Shown here piece after piece: positions 25,221-37,195 of a stretch of 64,000 nucleotides of DNA; position 1 is the first letter of the stretch, and each line of letters starts with the position of its first letter. Origin of the DNA: Antedon mediterranea (Eukaryota; Animalia; Echinodermata); the NCBI RefSeq assembly GCF_964355755.1, contig NC_092674.1, positions 15,190,001 through 15,254,000 on the forward strand. The letters are read 5' to 3'. The notes beneath the pieces were generated by a model. That model saw only the letters and a list, made by a program, of their open reading frames with translations. It did not search any database and was not told where the DNA came from. A program made the position numbers and the translations under genes.

Positions 25221-25880
25221 CTAATAAAGGCCTGTTTTTACTACGACGATAACTATAATGATACACGATATAACAAAATTGCTTACCGTAAGTTAAAGTC
25301 AATAGAACCTTTAAATTTAAATTGTTGCAATATTGTTGTTTTAATCTACCAAGCAAACTGAATTTCCATTTTTATGGACAAATTAAATTTCTTGAATCTT
25401 GAATCTTTAACACTAGGTCGATAACTATACGATTCTATCATGTACGATAAAAAATAGTATACATACCACTTGCATGAGCAATATTTTATTGGGACGCGAA
25501 CGATAAAAATATTTCAACTATAGCAGCTATAGCTCGAAAAGCAGTTGTGGTTGCTATTGATATGCCATTGTGCTATTGAATTCTAATAAAGGCCTGTTTT
25601 TACTACGACGATAACTATAATGATACACGATATAACAAAATTGCTTACCGTAAGTTAAAGTCAATAGAACCTTTAAATTTAAATTGTTGCAATATTGTTG
25701 TTTTAATCTACCAAGCAAACTGAATTTCCATTTTTATGGACAAATTAAATTTCTTGAATCTTGAATCTTTAACACTAGGTCGATAACTATACGATTCTAT
25801 CATGTACGATAAAAAATAGTATACATACCACTTGCATGAGCAATATTTTATTGGGACGCGAACGATAAAAATATTTCAAC
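25156..25880. repeat. 362-bp near-perfect tandem duplication
   Basis: 25156-25517 repeated at 25518-25880. Confidence 0.9.
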
Positions 25881-26092
25881 CAATCAGAGAGCTTTATTTA
25901 TGGCAAGGAAAAAAAATCGAATGGATATCGAAAGTCGATCGCGATGGAGTCATCCATGAGCCTAGATGAAACGTTAATCCTCCTTGTACAAGGAAATAAG
26001 GTGCTATACAACAAATCAGATGTGAATTACAAAAATGTAATTAAAACAAAAAGATATATGGAATGCAATTGGAGTAGAGATTGGTTTAACAG
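25590..26092 (+). mobile_element. Harbinger-like left end and MADF-domain exon (25944-26092, frameshifted)
   Basis: taaaGGCCTGTTTTTACTAC terminus-like sequence; MESSMSLDETLILLVQGNKVLYNKSDVNYKN...IWNAIGVEIGLT|gtagg. Confidence 0.6.
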
Positions 26093-27112
26093 GTAGGCAT
26101 AACATAATTTTTTCCATTGGGATTGGCCATTTGATCATCTATAAACAAGTTCCTGCATATACGATTTGTATACGACTTTTTGCAAACAGCACGTTGGTAG
26201 CTAAACTTTGTTACTTGAAGTCAATATAAAGTATAATTACAAACAAGTTTGAACATAAGCCTCTTATGTTTTATTACAAGATACTACCTGTAAATTCACC
26301 GTACTATAAATAGAAATTCAGCAAGCGCTAAATTTCGTTCTTTTTTTTACTGCAAATACTTAATATATAAAATTGCGTGGGCTTACCCAGCAATATTGGA
26401 TTACACAAATTGTTTCAGTCGTGGATATAAAAGCTAAATAATTATACATTGACCCTTCAATCATAATAGGATTACAGAATTCCTTGTTGTTAGCCGCTAG
26501 CTGGTATGTCGTCACATTATTCAATAGAAAACTGGTTCATACGCGTTTGACGCGCAAAAACGATTGTGAGCTATAATTATTGGTTTATAAATATATAAGA
26601 TATTGTTTGTAGGTTTTTTATGACGCACTGTATATGGGGATACGATTCGTATACGGCATTTTTATCATGAATAAACAACTTTTCCCTTCGTATGATAAAC
26701 GTATACGATGCCAACTCTTTGTGAAGCAACAGAGTGGAAATAATGTAAACAGTAAAATCGTATACGATCCGTATATGTTTTCAACGTATACGGATCGTAT
26801 CTTGCTTTTTTGCAAAGGGTATCGACCAAAACTAAATAGAAACTAGAATTTAATTTGTCACTTTGACAAATTATAATTTTATTGACATTAATATTTTTTA
26901 AACATGCACGTACATTAACATACAATCGGAAAATGTTGATGTATGCCATCCTATTATACGCTTTTATATAACACCTATATAAATTCCTGTCATTTGATTG
27001 GACGAATGTGGGTCACATGGCGTGCAATAGTACGCACTATTCAACGATCGTTAAATAGTACTTTTTGAAACATTTTTGTGTACGAAAAAAAAACGTCTAG
27101 ATGTTATATAAA

Positions 27113-27274
27113 ACAAATAATGAATGTTTTGTATTCGTGTAATGGTACAAATAATGGCACTTGGTGAATGATGAAAGGTTATATCAACTCGGCTTTGCCT
27201 CGTTGATATAACCTTTCATCATTCACCTCGTGCCATTATTTGTACCATTGCACTCATAAACATTCATTATTTGT
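27113..27274. mobile_element. Long palindrome (~80-bp arms), likely part of a non-autonomous foldback element
   Basis: acaaataatgaatgttt...tggtacaaataatggcac..gtgaatgatgaaaggttatatcaac / gttgatataacctttcatcattcac..gtgccattatttgtacca...aaacattcattatttgt. Confidence 0.85.
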
Positions 27275-27429
27275 ATAATAGTGCTGAGTTGTGCCTATTA
27301 TTTAGTACAGTATATACTGTATATCTATGTACACTGTAGCATAGGTGAAATTACGGGACACACATCATGTTCTAATTTTTTGGTATGATGGAATTATCAA
27401 AATAAACTCGAAGATGACAATTTCGAAAG

Positions 27430-28010
27430 ATAATGAATTGAGCAAATAAATATAAGAATTGGAAGGAAATTTGGCACGTAGAAGCGCTTTACGCGCTCTT
27501 TGAAATTTGTATAACTTTGACGAAAAAGATGAAAAAACTACTTTTTAACTTCAACTGGCCATATGTTAACGTCACAACATCCGATAGGTATGAATTCATA
27601 TCTACAATTCATTAGCTTTCATAATAAATTATAATCCCCAAGGTAACCTTCAATTCTGAAGAGCTGTAAGATATTCAAATTTACGGCGAAGGTGAAATTA
27701 CATGACCTATGTTATTCAAGTTTTTACGCGTGATGATGTCATCAAAATAAAAGTAGTGGCAAGTCATGAGAAAGTCAATTAATTGAGCAATCACATACTG
27801 AAAATTGAGCGAAAATCGGGCACAAAATAACAGAGATGCGTTCTATTGAATGTGATAAAATATGACGAAAGAGAAAAAAAACTTTTAAATTCAAGTGGCC
27901 ATTTGATGACGTCACAACATTTTGTACGTAAAATGTGTACATGAATTCATATCTACGACTCAATGGCTTCCAGAATAAGTTTAACAAAATGGGGGTCATC
28001 GTGCATTCTG
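27430..28010. repeat. Diverged ~345-bp direct repeat within an unclassified non-coding element
   Basis: aattgagcaa at 27436/27781; ttcaa.tggccat.tg...acgtcacaacat...tgaattcatatctac in both. Confidence 0.55.
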
Positions 28011-29589
28011 AAGAATTATTTTCATTTTAAAAATACCTTATTTTTCACAATTTTCAGCACTTTGATGCAGTTATTTTGCGCATTTTGTCATTTTTAACCT
28101 GCTCGTATAGCGTTATTTTAAGTCGGAACTGACTCGAATTTGGTGAATGCACTAAGGATGGTGAGTAGAATGCGATTTGTAAAAAAGAATAATATTTTTT
28201 ATGCTTTTTAAGTACTGCGCGCGCAAAATATTTTTTTTGCGCAGTAATTTTTTGAATCACGCAAATGGCCTAATTCATGCTTTAAATTGGTCAAAACTTA
28301 ATTTTGAGCTTTTTCAATTTGTAACGCGCATGACCCTACATGCGCGCGTGTTTTTATTTGCTAATATTTTTACCCTTGATCTGAAGTTTACGTGTAGTGA
28401 ATTTCATTAATATGTGATAATGAATTATGGAGATATGATTGATAAGGCGTCATGTCCAAATGTTTTAAAACTGACAAAGCGCGTTAATCGCGTTTTCTTT
28501 TGTTTTAGCGTTAGCTTGAAAATTCTAAAATTGTCAGACCGTTTGGAAAATGGACAATATGCATAGCTTGTAATAGTTCCGCCCACTAACATGCTTGACT
28601 GATTTCTACGAATCGTTTAACGTTGTTGCGAATCGCTTCGTGAACGTCGTTTAACGATGAGTCATCACAAACAGGCCCAAACAATTCGTTTCAGTTTGCC
28701 TTTTAATTAAGAGAGTTTGTAGCTGAATTGTATTCCGGGGGTGCCGATCTCAAACATCATTCTAAAATGTTTATAAGTTCGTAACCTCAATAAATAATTT
28801 AATATTAATAATAAACAGGGGCCTGGAATGTTTTTTAGTCGCTTTCTTTTACATAGCCGACTGAAAATATCATTAGGAAGTTCATACGATGAACAAAGCA
28901 CCTGAGACAATAGCAACACGATGTGCCACGCCACCGGTGAACTATTCACATCTCACTTCTAAATGCATTAGCGAACGTCTACAGTAGCCGATCGATAAAA
29001 AAAAAAGTCTTCTAAAAATAGCAGCAGCGAATGCTCGGCCGACCGTCGGTGTTCGCGCGCTCATAGATTGCAGGCCGATAACATAAGAAAAGGTAAACAA
29101 GTACCTAGATGTTGGTCACGCGATATCCTCTTTCTCCTCCTGTTCACAGCGCTCACATGTTTTTACTTCAAATTCTGCCGGTCAGTAATCTTATTTAGAT
29201 CGTTGAAAAGATGACTGATCATTAATTTAATTCATTTAATGTTTGATTCTATTTTGTGCTTTATTTTATTTGGTTTATCTTTATAAATTTGATTTATTTT
29301 AATTTAATTTTTATTGTTATATATGTCTCGTCATATTGTAATTTTCAGCTTCGGCTGGATGGACCACCCTCGTAAAATATTCTTGAAAATAAATATATAA
29401 ATCATTGGCTATTTTTCCGTTGCACCAAAACTATGGTAGAAGAAAGCCTTAGAAGAAAGCCTAGAACATGCGCCATTTGTATAACTCTCGATTATGCCTT
29501 TTAACTGTCACTCGATTCTAATTTCTTTAAAAAAACTGCCTCATAAATGTCAAAATAAAGGTATTAATTATTATAATTTATAGTTATTT

Positions 29590-29775
29590 GTTGGAATTAA
29601 GTTTGACAAACACTAATCTTGGAAACTCCACATTGATGATGTTTGTGAAAAAGTTAGAAAAAGATTTCTGTTTAAGTTAAAGCATTTTGTTGCTAGAGAT
29701 TCATAATTACACTTTATATAACTCATTTATATTTCCTATTTTAACGTATGGAATTGAGGTTTGGGCAGGCACATG
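29590..29775 (+). mobile_element. L2-group LINE RT C-terminal fragment
   Basis: LFKLKHFV...LTYGIEVWAG, degraded. Confidence 0.5.
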
Positions 29776-30489
29776 TTATTTGTTGGCAATAAAAAAAGTT
29801 TTTAAAAGTTAAGTTTGTATACGAGTGTAGTTTTCTTTGGTGTACTATTTCCAAATATAAGCTTATTAAAGTTGAAGTTTAACTGGCAATTTTTAAATTT
29901 TTCATTATCCAGAGAGTTTCAATCAATCAATCAAAATCAAAATTTATTTCCAAAATGGTGGCATCACACAAAAAAGCAAAAGCTTGTGTCAGGGACGCCA
30001 AAACAAAAGCAAACAGGACATATATACAAGACACAGAAATGAAAATAACAATAAAACGTAATTCAGTTTTGTAAGCTGTTTTTTGGAAAAGGTTCACGCA
30101 TTCTGGTTTCATATTGCATTATACATAATTTTAAAAGGGCGTTACTAAAGACATTTTCAAACATTCGAAATAGTTTAAGGCCGCAAAAATGTTGGCCTTT
30201 ACAGTAAGAGAGAAAAGGTATGAACAAATAATATACAGTACACCAGTGCTGGAGGAACAAATTAACCCAAATGGCTTCAAGCTAGTTCCTCCAGGAAAAA
30301 TGTTTAAAAAAATATAATGTATATTTATATGTAATTATATAATTAAACATTGTATGCAAATAAATAAAATAAATTAGGAAAAGAAAAAGTAAGCTGCATG
30401 CACATACTAGGACACAAGACAAAAACAAGGAAAAAAGATACAAAGTTAATGAATGTTTGCTGTTATGAAAATCAAATTGGGAGAACAAT

Positions 30490-30928
30490 TTCAATACACG
30501 CAAAAACATTTAACGCGCAGTGCGCACGCAAAAATCTCTGCACTCATGGCAATTTTGTAAACTCTTATTTCATCGAAAATAAATTTTAAAAATTTTAAGC
30601 GCTCGTACGCATGCGTTACATGCGCTACGCACCTAATTGTATTGCCATATGATGATTTATGCCCTGAAATTTATGAGTACCAAATTTTATTTAATTGTGA
30701 TTCATGGTTGTGAAGATATGATTACAAACGTGATTTCGTTAAATCGTGCGTAGACCGCATAATTTTTTATTGCGAACCGTGAAAACATAACCACATCGAT
30801 TCCTGGCCATAAGGAATATACTGTGAAAAATTGACTTAGCTAGATAAAACTGATATCAAGAAAGGTCATATACAAGTTAGTGTTTACCGACCAACCAACC
30901 GATCGACATAGTGCACGCGACTAAAAAT
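30490..30928 (+). mobile_element. Non-autonomous element, possibly Helentron/DINE-like
   Basis: ccgaccaaccaaccgatcgac microsatellite followed by gtgcacgcgactaaaa end motif. Confidence 0.3.
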
Positions 30929-31529
30929 CATGGCGGGTGAACCCCATTGCATGTGCACAAGGCGTACAGAGAATCTTAACAGGCTGTCGCCAGTTGAACT
31001 AGGTATCATGTCTATTTAATGCCCAGGATATGCCTACAGTATTCCTATTATTATTAAAACCTTGGTCCTGCTTATATGCCTATTAGATCGATTTTTGCTT
31101 TGCAATTAATGGAATATATCTTCATGCCTTATTTATCCCGCTCGTCTGTGTAAGTTGGCATTTAATAGGCTAGGAAGCCTCTTTTTAGTATAAACATTAT
31201 TCTTAAGCAACAAACAAGTTATATAATTTAATTTTTTAGTGACATTTTCGATGAGGCACCTGCTGAATTACCTGACTCACTGATGATGATCAAAATGTGC
31301 CTGTACCGAATTTGATCAGTGTAATATTGGACTCATCATTAATTCCACAATGACTCCTGACTAGGTTTAGACAATAATTTAAGAGATGAGTGAAGTCTAT
31401 TTGATATTTTGATCAGTTTTTCCTTAGTTCAATCAACAAACAAACTTTAATTTTTTTCCTCTTTGGTTGTTACAAATATAAATTGCATTATTTTATTTTT
31501 CAAAAATTTTATAGCATTTTTCCCTCAAC

Positions 31530-31660
31530 TAGCAAAAGCAGATTCGTTGTTGGAAAAGTATCTTTTGGCGCCTCAGAGGAGAATTTCGACATACATGTCT
31601 TCTATGTCTCAAAACGAGATTATTAACATAATAGGATTTAAACAAATCAGAGAAGAGGTA
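31530..31660 (+). pseudogene. hAT (ZMYM1/DUF4371-like) transposase fragment
   Basis: DSLLEKYL....TYMSSMSQNEIINIIG.KQIREEV. Confidence 0.65.
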
Positions 31661-31719
31661 TGTTTAGAAAAACTTATAGCTGAAACTCATAGCTATTTAC
31701 AATTACTTGTGGAAGGATG

Positions 31720-32010
31720 AAATAAATGGGCAAGAAGAGACTCAGATCCTGATCTCAGAGGTTGAACAAGTTCAGAAATGAACTTAGATGAAGAATTATG
31801 AAGAGCTTTGAAAACAAATAGCAGGATCTCTTGAAGGTAATTCTTTGTGTTACCAGAAGCACTAAGCAAAGGTGTGATATGTTGCCTTATGGGGCTTTGA
31901 ACGACCAATCGGGCAGCTGTGTTCTGGACTCCCTGAATTTTAGAAATATTCTTTGCTGGTAAGCTATAAAGTAATGGTAAACAGTCTAGCCTTAATTGAT
32001 GTAACAAAGG
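31720..32010 (-). mobile_element. L2 LINE RT C-terminal fragment
   Basis: RLDC..LLYSLP..ISKIQGVQNTAARLV...QHITPLL...ILLFVFKALH. Confidence 0.75.
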
Positions 32011-32212
32011 CGTGAACAAGAATCTCAGTTGATTAACCATAATTCGTATATAGATTGTTTCAATTTTCATTGTTAGTTGTTTTAAACTATTTATTGGTCA
32101 ACACTTTTTTAACAGTGGCACACACTGTCGTTAGTGGTGCAACCAAAATAAAACAAATGAGCAAAATATTGTAAGAAAACAAAACAAATGGAAAAAAATA
32201 TATATACTAATA

Positions 32213-32433
32213 ATGGTTAGGGCATCTGCATATCAAGCAGGCGGTCCGAGTTCGAGTCTCGGTCGGTCAGAGTTCGAGTCTCGGTTGGGGCAACTTTTTC
32301 TTATTCTCACAGATTTCCTCATCTTTATAGTTTCAAATTAATTAACTAAATTTCAGTATATCACCGGGTGGTTTTGAATTAATGTTCATTGCCTAATGTG
32401 TTTATATACAAATAAAGTTATACAACAACAACT
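32213..32433 (+). mobile_element. tRNA-derived SINE-like element
   Basis: atggttagggcatctg..., B-box gagttcgagtctcgg (duplicated), 3' aataaa and (caa)n tail. Confidence 0.55.
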
Positions 32434-32439
32434 ATAAAA

Positions 32440-32580
32440 CATGGAAACTGAATTCATTTGATGTACGAAAAGAAATATTGTTATCTTACTATAATTCCAT
32501 TATTCTCGGTTTATACAGCTATTGTTTGGTTTGCTGGGGTGGAAACATGTCACAAGGTGGTAGGGACAGACTACAAAGGT
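32440..32580 (+). mobile_element. Rex1/Babar (CR1/L2-group) LINE RT C-terminal fragment that seeds the adjacent array
   Basis: KLNSFDVRKEILLSYYNSIILGLYSYCLVCWGGNMSQG(G/D)RDRLQRLV. Confidence 0.75.
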
Positions 32581-33451
32581 TGGTTTGCTGGGGTGGAAAC
32601 ATGTCACAAGGTGATAGGGACAGACTACAAAGGTTGGTTTGCTGGGGTGGAAACATGTCACAAGGTGATAGGGACAGACTACAAAGGTTGGTTTGCTGGG
32701 GTGGAAACATGTCACAAGGTGGTAGGGACAGACTACAAAGGTTGGTTAGCTGGGATGGAAACATGTCACAAGGTGATAGGGACAGACTACAAAGGTTGGT
32801 TTGCTGGGGTGGAAACATGTCACAAGGTGGTAGGGACAGACTACAAAGGTTGGTTAGCTGGGGTGGAAACATGTCACAAGGTGATAGGGACAGACTACAA
32901 AGGTTGGTTTGCTGGGGTGGAAACATGTCACAAGGTGATAGGGACAGACTACAAAGGTTGGTTTGCTGGGGTGGAAACATGTCACAAGGTGGTAGGGACA
33001 GACTACAAAGGTTGGTTTGCTGGGGTGGAAACATGTCACAAGGTGATAGGGACAGACTACAAAGGTTGGTTTGCTGGGGTGGAAACATGTCACAAGGTGG
33101 TAGGGACAGACTACAAAGGTTGGTTAGCTGGGGTGGAAACATGTCACAAGGTGGTAGGGACAGACTACAAAGGTTGGTTAGCTGGGGTGGAAACATGTCA
33201 CAAGGTGGTAGGGACAGACTACAAAGGTTGGTTAGCTGGGGTGGAAACATGTCACAAGGTGATAGGGACAGACTACAAAGGTTGGTTTGCTGGGGTGGAA
33301 ACATGTCACAAGGTGGTAGGGACAGACTACAAAGGTTGGTTTGCTGGGGTGGAAACATGTCACAAGGTGATAGGGACAGACTACAAAGGTTGGTTTGCTG
33401 GGGTGGAAACATGTCACAAGGTGGTAGGGACAGACTACAAAGGTTGGTTTG
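32526..33451 (+). repeat. 54-bp minisatellite, 17 copies
   Basis: ttggtt(t/a)gctggggtggaaacatgtcacaaggtg(g/a)tagggacagactacaaagg; 918 bp = 17 x 54. Confidence 0.97.
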
Positions 33452-36400
33452 AATTGCCTTATTTAACAACATAATGGCTCTATTTAGTTGTTTGATGACA
33501 TTACTCTGCACACTATTTCTGAGATCAATCATATTTCAACCAGGTTCATTTGATTGTCTGGTTCGTCAACTCAGCTATCATAACGAAAATGTTCACTATA
33601 ACATCCGTGTCGGTGAGTCATGTTCTCTTTTTTTGCATACATGTGCTAGCATTAATAACACCACAAGAAAACGATATATAAGTAGGCCTGTGAGATATTA
33701 CGCCAATCATTATTCGACTTTTAACCTATGTTTGTTGGTTAGTGGCGACATTCATCCTCACCCAGGCCCAGAGCTGATGCATAGGAACAAGAGCCAGCAT
33801 ATTGGAAACGGTAATAGTACGAAGAATACATGTGAATCATGCGCTAAAACGACGAGACGCAATCAAAAATGTCTGATTTGCTGTGAATGTCATCACATAT
33901 TTCATATCAAGTGCATACCTATGAGCAGCGATAGTTATGTGTTTTATCAAGATAATCCATGGGCGTGTAACATCTGCTCCCTACCACAACTATCGGACTC
34001 ATTTTTTTACAACTCATTTATCAACAATAGTATATTGTCACTTGCATCCAGCAATACATCAACTGATTCTTCCATCTTTGAAACTAACCTTATTCAAGTT
34101 GCTTTATTTAACGCCAGAAGTGTGGTGAATAAGATCGAAGAATTCCATGCGCGTATCGCAATTGATGAATTGGACATCTTGATTGTCACAGAAACGTGGC
34201 TGGACTCCTCTATTGATAGTACGGAACTGTTTCCAGACTCATTCGTTGTGTACAGAAAAGACCGTTCAAGACACGGTGGTGGTGTTCTGTTAGCTTTGAA
34301 GAACGCATTTAAATCCTCTATTGTTGACTTTCCTACTAACATTGAGGTCAAAATTATTGAAATAACTGTAAATAACAATTTTAACGTTTTAATATGTGCT
34401 GTTTATAGGCCACCGAGTTCAAATGACGATTGGCTCAATCAATTCCACGATGTCGTTGATTTTATCCTATCTATTTTACATAAGTACTGTGGTATAATTT
34501 TAACTGGTGATTTTAATTATGATTACGGTGTTGATAGTCCCTTAGTTTATAAGAAATTTAAAGAAATTATTGCTCCACTTGATACTATACAATTTGTTGA
34601 TTTTTTTACTCGTGTATCTAACACCAAAAGTAGCATTATTGATCTGGTCTTGTGCAATAACCCTGACATTGTATGTAATTTCAGAAGTCATCCCGGTCTC
34701 AGTACAAGTGACCACCTTGGGGTTTATTTTAATATTAACGCTAGATGCAGTAAAGTTAAACCTGTAGATAGATATTATTATCAATATAGTAAATGTGACC
34801 ATGACGATCTTTTTACAACGTTGGGGGCGGTTCCTTGGGGACTGTGCCTGGAACAATCAAACTGTGAGGAAATGTGGGAAAATTTTAAAGACCTCTTTCT
34901 CGCCACTATCAACGATTGTATCCCTAAAGTCAAAAGTAAAAAAAGAAACAGGCCAGCTTGGATAACTCAAGAAATGGTTATCATGGCTCGTAAAAAGAAA
35001 CGAATGCTAAAAGAGGCTTATCGTCATCCTCACAACCCAAGTAAGATGGACAAATATAGAAAGTTTAGTAATAAATTAAAAAACCTAACAAAAAAAGCTC
35101 ATTTACAATATATTAGGAAATTAAGTGCCGCCTGTGTAAATGGTGACTCCAAACGTTTTTTTAGTTATGTTAAGACAAGGCGTAAGACTGGACAAGTCAA
35201 AAACTTTGTTTTTAACGGTATACCCTTGGTTTCCGATATTGATGCGGTAAATGCATTTTCCACATTCTTTGCGTCAAACTTTAACGAACCTAATCGTAAT
35301 TTCAATGTTAACCATGAGATCTGTAATTGTGTTCACCCAGATATTGTTCCCTTAATAACATTAATATTACTGAAAAAACTATTTTCGAGGCTCTATTGTC
35401 ATTGAAACCCAACAAATCCCCTGGACCAGACGGGATTACACCTAAAATGTTATCCATGTCAGCTCCAATTATTGCCCCAGTGTTATGCAAAATGTTTAAC
35501 AAGTTCGTAACGGATGGCTTTGTACCAAAAGATTGGAAACTCGCGAATGTCACTCCTATTTTTAAGTCAGGTAATCGGAACGATGTTAATAATTATCGAC
35601 CCATATCGCTATGTTCTATTATAGGTAAGGTTTTTGAACGTATTATAGCAGATAACATCCTTTTTCATCTTCAATTTTTTGGATTTATAAGTCCCACGCA
35701 ACACGGGTTTTATCCAGGTAGATCGTGTATTACACAGGCCTCAGCGTTATATCATGATTGGTCACAAACAATGGATGTTAGACAACCTCCTGTAATTGAT
35801 GCAATATTCCTTGATTGGGAGAAGGCCTTTGACCGTGTTCCCCATGATTTAGTAATCAAGAAACTGCACAACATGGGAGTATGTGGATCTCTCCTAAAGT
35901 GTCTTCACTCCTTTCTCATGACAGATTCCAACGTGTTGTTCTTAATAAGGAGCATTCTGATTGGGATAGAGTGGGCTCGGGTGTTCCTCAGGGATCCGTG
36001 TTAGGCCCGCTTCTATTTAATCTCTTTGTTTATGACCTACCTCTAAATACCTCTTCTGTTATGAAGCAGTATGCAGACGATACAGTAATTTATAAACCTG
36101 TATTCAGTCGTCATGATGCACTTACCTTACAACAGGATCTTTGTAAAATTTCCAAATGGTGTGAGGATAATAAAATGAAATTAAATGCAAAGAAGTGTAA
36201 AGTCATGCACATAACTAGGAAACGTAATTATATCCCTCGTTTTATTTTTACAATCGAATCCAATCCCCTTGAAGCTGTTAATTCACATAAATATCTTGGT
36301 ATTAACTTCTCACGTGATTTAACATGGTCTGCTCACGTTAATGATGTATCGATGAAATCTATGAGAATGCTTGGGTTTATCAAACGGTTTGTAGGTTTCA

Positions 36401-37097
36401 ATGACACCGAAATTTTACTACGACTTTTTAATGCACTATGTCGACCTGTTATTGAATATGGTGCTCCTGTGTGGGATCCACATCAAAAACAACATAATAT
36501 AGCTATTAAGAAGTCATTAAGACGGGTTACTAAATTGTGTGTTGAAGGCGATTTCACTGACAGGCTTAAGATTCTAAATTTACCAGATATGGTTCAAAGA
36601 ATGAAATTTCATAGTATAATTTTTGTAGTTAAGTGTTTGCATAATTTAATTGATTTTGATATATTTGAATACCTTACAATTAATTCTCGGTATCCAGAGT
36701 CCCTCACCTTTAAACACATGTATGCTAGAACTAATGCATTTAAATACTCCCTGTTTGTTAATTTCCCTCGAATATGGGAATGTATCCCGCATGAAGTTCG
36801 TAACAAAGTCCTGTTTAACTTTGGGGGGTTTAGAAGGGATTTGAAAAAATGTATTACTGATATCGAATTCATCTAGACTATCACTGTGTTTTTATGTCTA
36901 TTGCGTTTTTCGTACTATTAGTTGGGAAAGCCACTCGACAGTGCAGTTCTTTTGAATTGATCCACTTTTGGTTACCCGCAGGTGCTGATAGTACTTTTGT
37001 TCTGTTTTGTTGAATGATGCCGTACCTTGTTTATGATTTTTGTATGTTACCTGGAAATTGAATAAAATAAAATAAAAAAAAAAAAATAAAAAAAATA
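33452..37097 (+). mobile_element. Near full-length CR1-group LINE, one ORF (33474-36876) broken by two frameshifts: 2A-like motif, PHD, APE endonuclease, RT, 3' UTR, A-rich tail
   Basis: LLVSGDIHPHPGP; CESC..CCEC..FHIKC..WACNIC; NARS, VTETWL, GGGV, YRPP, GDFN, SDH; KSPGPDGI, NYRPISL, QHGF, FLDWEKAFDRVPH, GVPQGSVLGP, YADD; aataaaataaa...aaa tail. Confidence 0.92.
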
Positions 37098-37195
37098 GAA
37101 CTTGGTCGTTTGTTGCAACAGCTAAGAAAAAATTTAAAACAAGCAGATGCTAAATTGGAGACGTTCATTAATCCTACCAAGCTACGAGATATTGT
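37098..37195 (+). pseudogene. Short coding fragment resembling animal tyrosine-recombinase-like (SET-associated) genes
   Basis: ELGRLLQQLRKNLKQADAKLETFINPTKLRDIV, recalled ELGRLL...L...I.P motif; joined to the Gypsy ORF at tgttaag microhomology. Confidence 0.35.

Noticed and set aside
32213-32295. Functional tRNA gene
   Set aside because: Incomplete cloverleaf, duplicated B-box and SINE-like tail
32526-33451. CRISPR-like or RT-associated (retron/DGR-like) array next to a reverse transcriptase
   Set aside because: No unique spacers, units are contiguous, no cas genes, and the RT is an ordinary eukaryotic LINE RT
32458-33532. 338-aa plus-strand and 337-aa minus-strand repeat ORFs as genes
   Set aside because: Alternative frames of the 54-bp array; only the LVCWGGN frame has recognisable homology
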